DNA from: Eledone cirrhosa
Taxonomy: Eukaryota
NCBI GenBank assembly: GCA_964016885.1
Contig: CAXHJY010000499.1
Span: 1 to 32,587 of the forward strand
Direction of reading: 5' to 3'
Length of the DNA: 32,587 nucleotides
Of this stretch, positions 27,882 through 32,587 are shown one piece after another (the stretch's first letter is position 1; every line of letters begins with the position of its first letter). Below the pieces are notes generated by a model, which made no database searches, was not told the DNA's origin, and worked only from the letters and a program-made list of their open reading frames with translations. The position numbers and the translations under genes were made by a program.

Positions 27882-28022
27882 ATGCACCGTCAGTTAAAAT
27901 CACCCCTGATTACAACCCCTACAAAGTTGTTGAAGGTAAAAGCCTCACAATAATGTGCCATATAGACTCCAACCCAGAAGCAACCAGTGCTGATCTTCGA
28001 CAAGGAAATAAGTCCCTGAAAC
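27882..28022 (+). CDS. exon of the IgSF protein: N-terminal half of third Ig domain
   Basis: Acceptor attcttggtag|, donor |gtaagt, phase 1-1, 141 bp. Joins as NVH-Y-APSVKI...VVEGKSLTIMCHIDSNP. Confidence 0.88.
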
Positions 28023-28075
28023 GTAAGTTAAATTCTTTTATTGTAATAATTTAAAATTCTTTTCTCACCATATAT

Positions 28076-28220
28076 GGAGGCACATGGCTTAGTGGTTAGA
28101 GCATTGGCCTTGCAATCGAAAGGTTGTGAGTTCAATTCTCAGACCAAGTGATGTGTTGTTTTCTTGAGCAAGACACTTTATTTCACATTGCTCCCGTTTA
28201 CTTAGCTGTAGAAATGAGAT
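28076..28220 (+). mobile_element. tRNA-derived CORE-type SINE (5' part)
   Basis: A box tggcttagtgg, B box gagttcaattct, CORE-like cttgagcaagacactttatttcac...gctgtagaaatgag. Confidence 0.82.
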
Positions 28221-28339
28221 GATAGGAACTGGGGTCCCTATCATTAAATTACCCAAGACACCTCCGAGATATACCTTGGAGGAGGCCAGCTAAACCTTCA
28301 TAGGTGTGAGCTGTCACACGCACACATACATACATACAT

Positions 28340-28935
28340 GGTAGCTGCCAACTCGTTTTCGAGTACGGCCACTACTTTATATTCATGTAGGAGAACCCCT
28401 ACCGATGCGCTGAACGAGTGTGACATTTTAGTCCAGCCACCGACTTGAAAACTCTGGTACAAACACTACACTTGTGACAATTACTGCCACATAGTGCTGG
28501 TACCATGTGACGACAAGTGTAGAGATCTCCAGATATAAAGCAATGCCTGTACCGTGAAGCTTTTATAGTGAGCAAAGGCACTGCACAAAGCCAATCCCAC
28601 TCTCTTAACCAAGATGATATTTACCAAAAAGAAGAACAAGTCAACAGCATTAGATACCATCAGGGTTGCAGGTGTTATATCAGTTTTCCTTCTCCTAGAA
28701 TTCTGAATTGACAAAGGCTAAGGGGTCATCTCTCCCAGTGATTTTGGATGGCCATTGACTCTTAAGAGCTCCTTTGCCCTTTGACAGGTTTTGTTTTTAG
28801 TCCTGCAGGATGTCCAAAGTCACCCTCCTCGCCAAGAAACCTTGGTGGGGTTGCCAGTTTAGTCACCAACGACCCGACCATGGGACAGGTTGTACTGGGA
28901 TACATGTTACCAGTAGCACCAACTGGTGACCTGAC
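28340..28935 (-). mobile_element. bipartite non-autonomous RTE-derived element (5' UTR + 3' end)
   Basis: Minus strand has an RTE-5'UTR-like ctaggagaaggaaaactgatat motif, then a C2H2 remnant CSVCTRVFKSVAGLKCHTRSAH and a (TATG)n tail. Second copy at 32085-32587. Confidence 0.7.
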
Positions 28936-29038
28936 ATACATACATACATACATACATACATTACATACATACATATATATACACATATATATACATATAT
29001 ATACATATATATACATATATATACATATATATATATAC

Positions 29039-29119
<81 letters not shown>

Positions 29120-29153
29120 CATATACATATATATACATATATATATATATATA

Positions 29154-32084
<2,931 letters not shown>

Positions 32085-32587
32085 GGTGGCTGCCAACTCG
32101 TTTTCGAGTACGGCCACTACTTTATATCCATGTAGGAGAACCCCTACTGATGCGCTGAACGAGTGTGACTTTTTAGTCCAGCCAGCGACTTGAAAACTCT
32201 GGTACAAAGACTACACTTGTGACAATTATTGACACATAGTGTTGGGCCCATGGTACCATGTGACGACAAGTGCAGAGAGATCTCCAGATATAAAGCAATG
32301 CCTGTGCCGTGAAGCTTTTATAGTGAGCAAAGGCACTGCACAAAGCCAGTCCCACTCTCTTAACCAAGATGATATTTACCAAAAAGAAGAACAAGTCAAC
32401 ATCATTGGATACCATCAGGGTTGCAGGGTGTTAATATCAGAGTTTTCCTTCTCCTAGAATTCTGCCTTGACAAAGGCTAAGGGGTCATCTCTCCCGGTGA
32501 TTTTGGATGGCCATTGACTCTTAAGAGCTCCTTTGCCCTTTGACAGGTTTTTGTTTTTAGTCCTGCAGGATGTCCAAAGTCACCCTC
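32085..32587 (-). mobile_element. second copy of the bipartite RTE-derived element (runs off the window)
   Basis: Direct homologue of 28340-~28826. Confidence 0.8.

Noticed and set aside
28076-28150. tRNA gene
   Set aside because: A/B boxes run into a SINE CORE-like body; no convincing cloverleaf.

Overview
Eukaryotic, repeat-saturated animal DNA; the SINE and RTE families look like those of octopus/coleoid cephalopods (recognition, not a database match). Almost all six-frame ORFs are microsatellite artefacts. Supported content: (1) three phase-1 exons of a plus-strand immunoglobulin-superfamily cell-surface protein (23780-28022); (2) a 5'-truncated Naiad-type Penelope-like retroelement (PLE; RT + GIY-YIG, minus strand, ~7804-10569) whose ORF continues in frame for 80 aa past a single TGA; (3) tRNA-derived SINEs, RTE-derived non-autonomous elements, and 59-, 42- and 30/27-bp minisatellites. 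The most interesting signal is six insertions from four sequence-distinct PLE-like families inside (TA)n-rich microsatellites. They share one architecture: antisense tail + inverted copy + sense 3' end. Five of the six carry whole or partial type I hammerhead ribozymes. All four tail types contain the same covarying bulged hairpin (ACUC-stem-loop-stem-YU-GAGU) about 5 nt past the element's 3' boundary, a candidate signal for internal initiation of reverse transcription.
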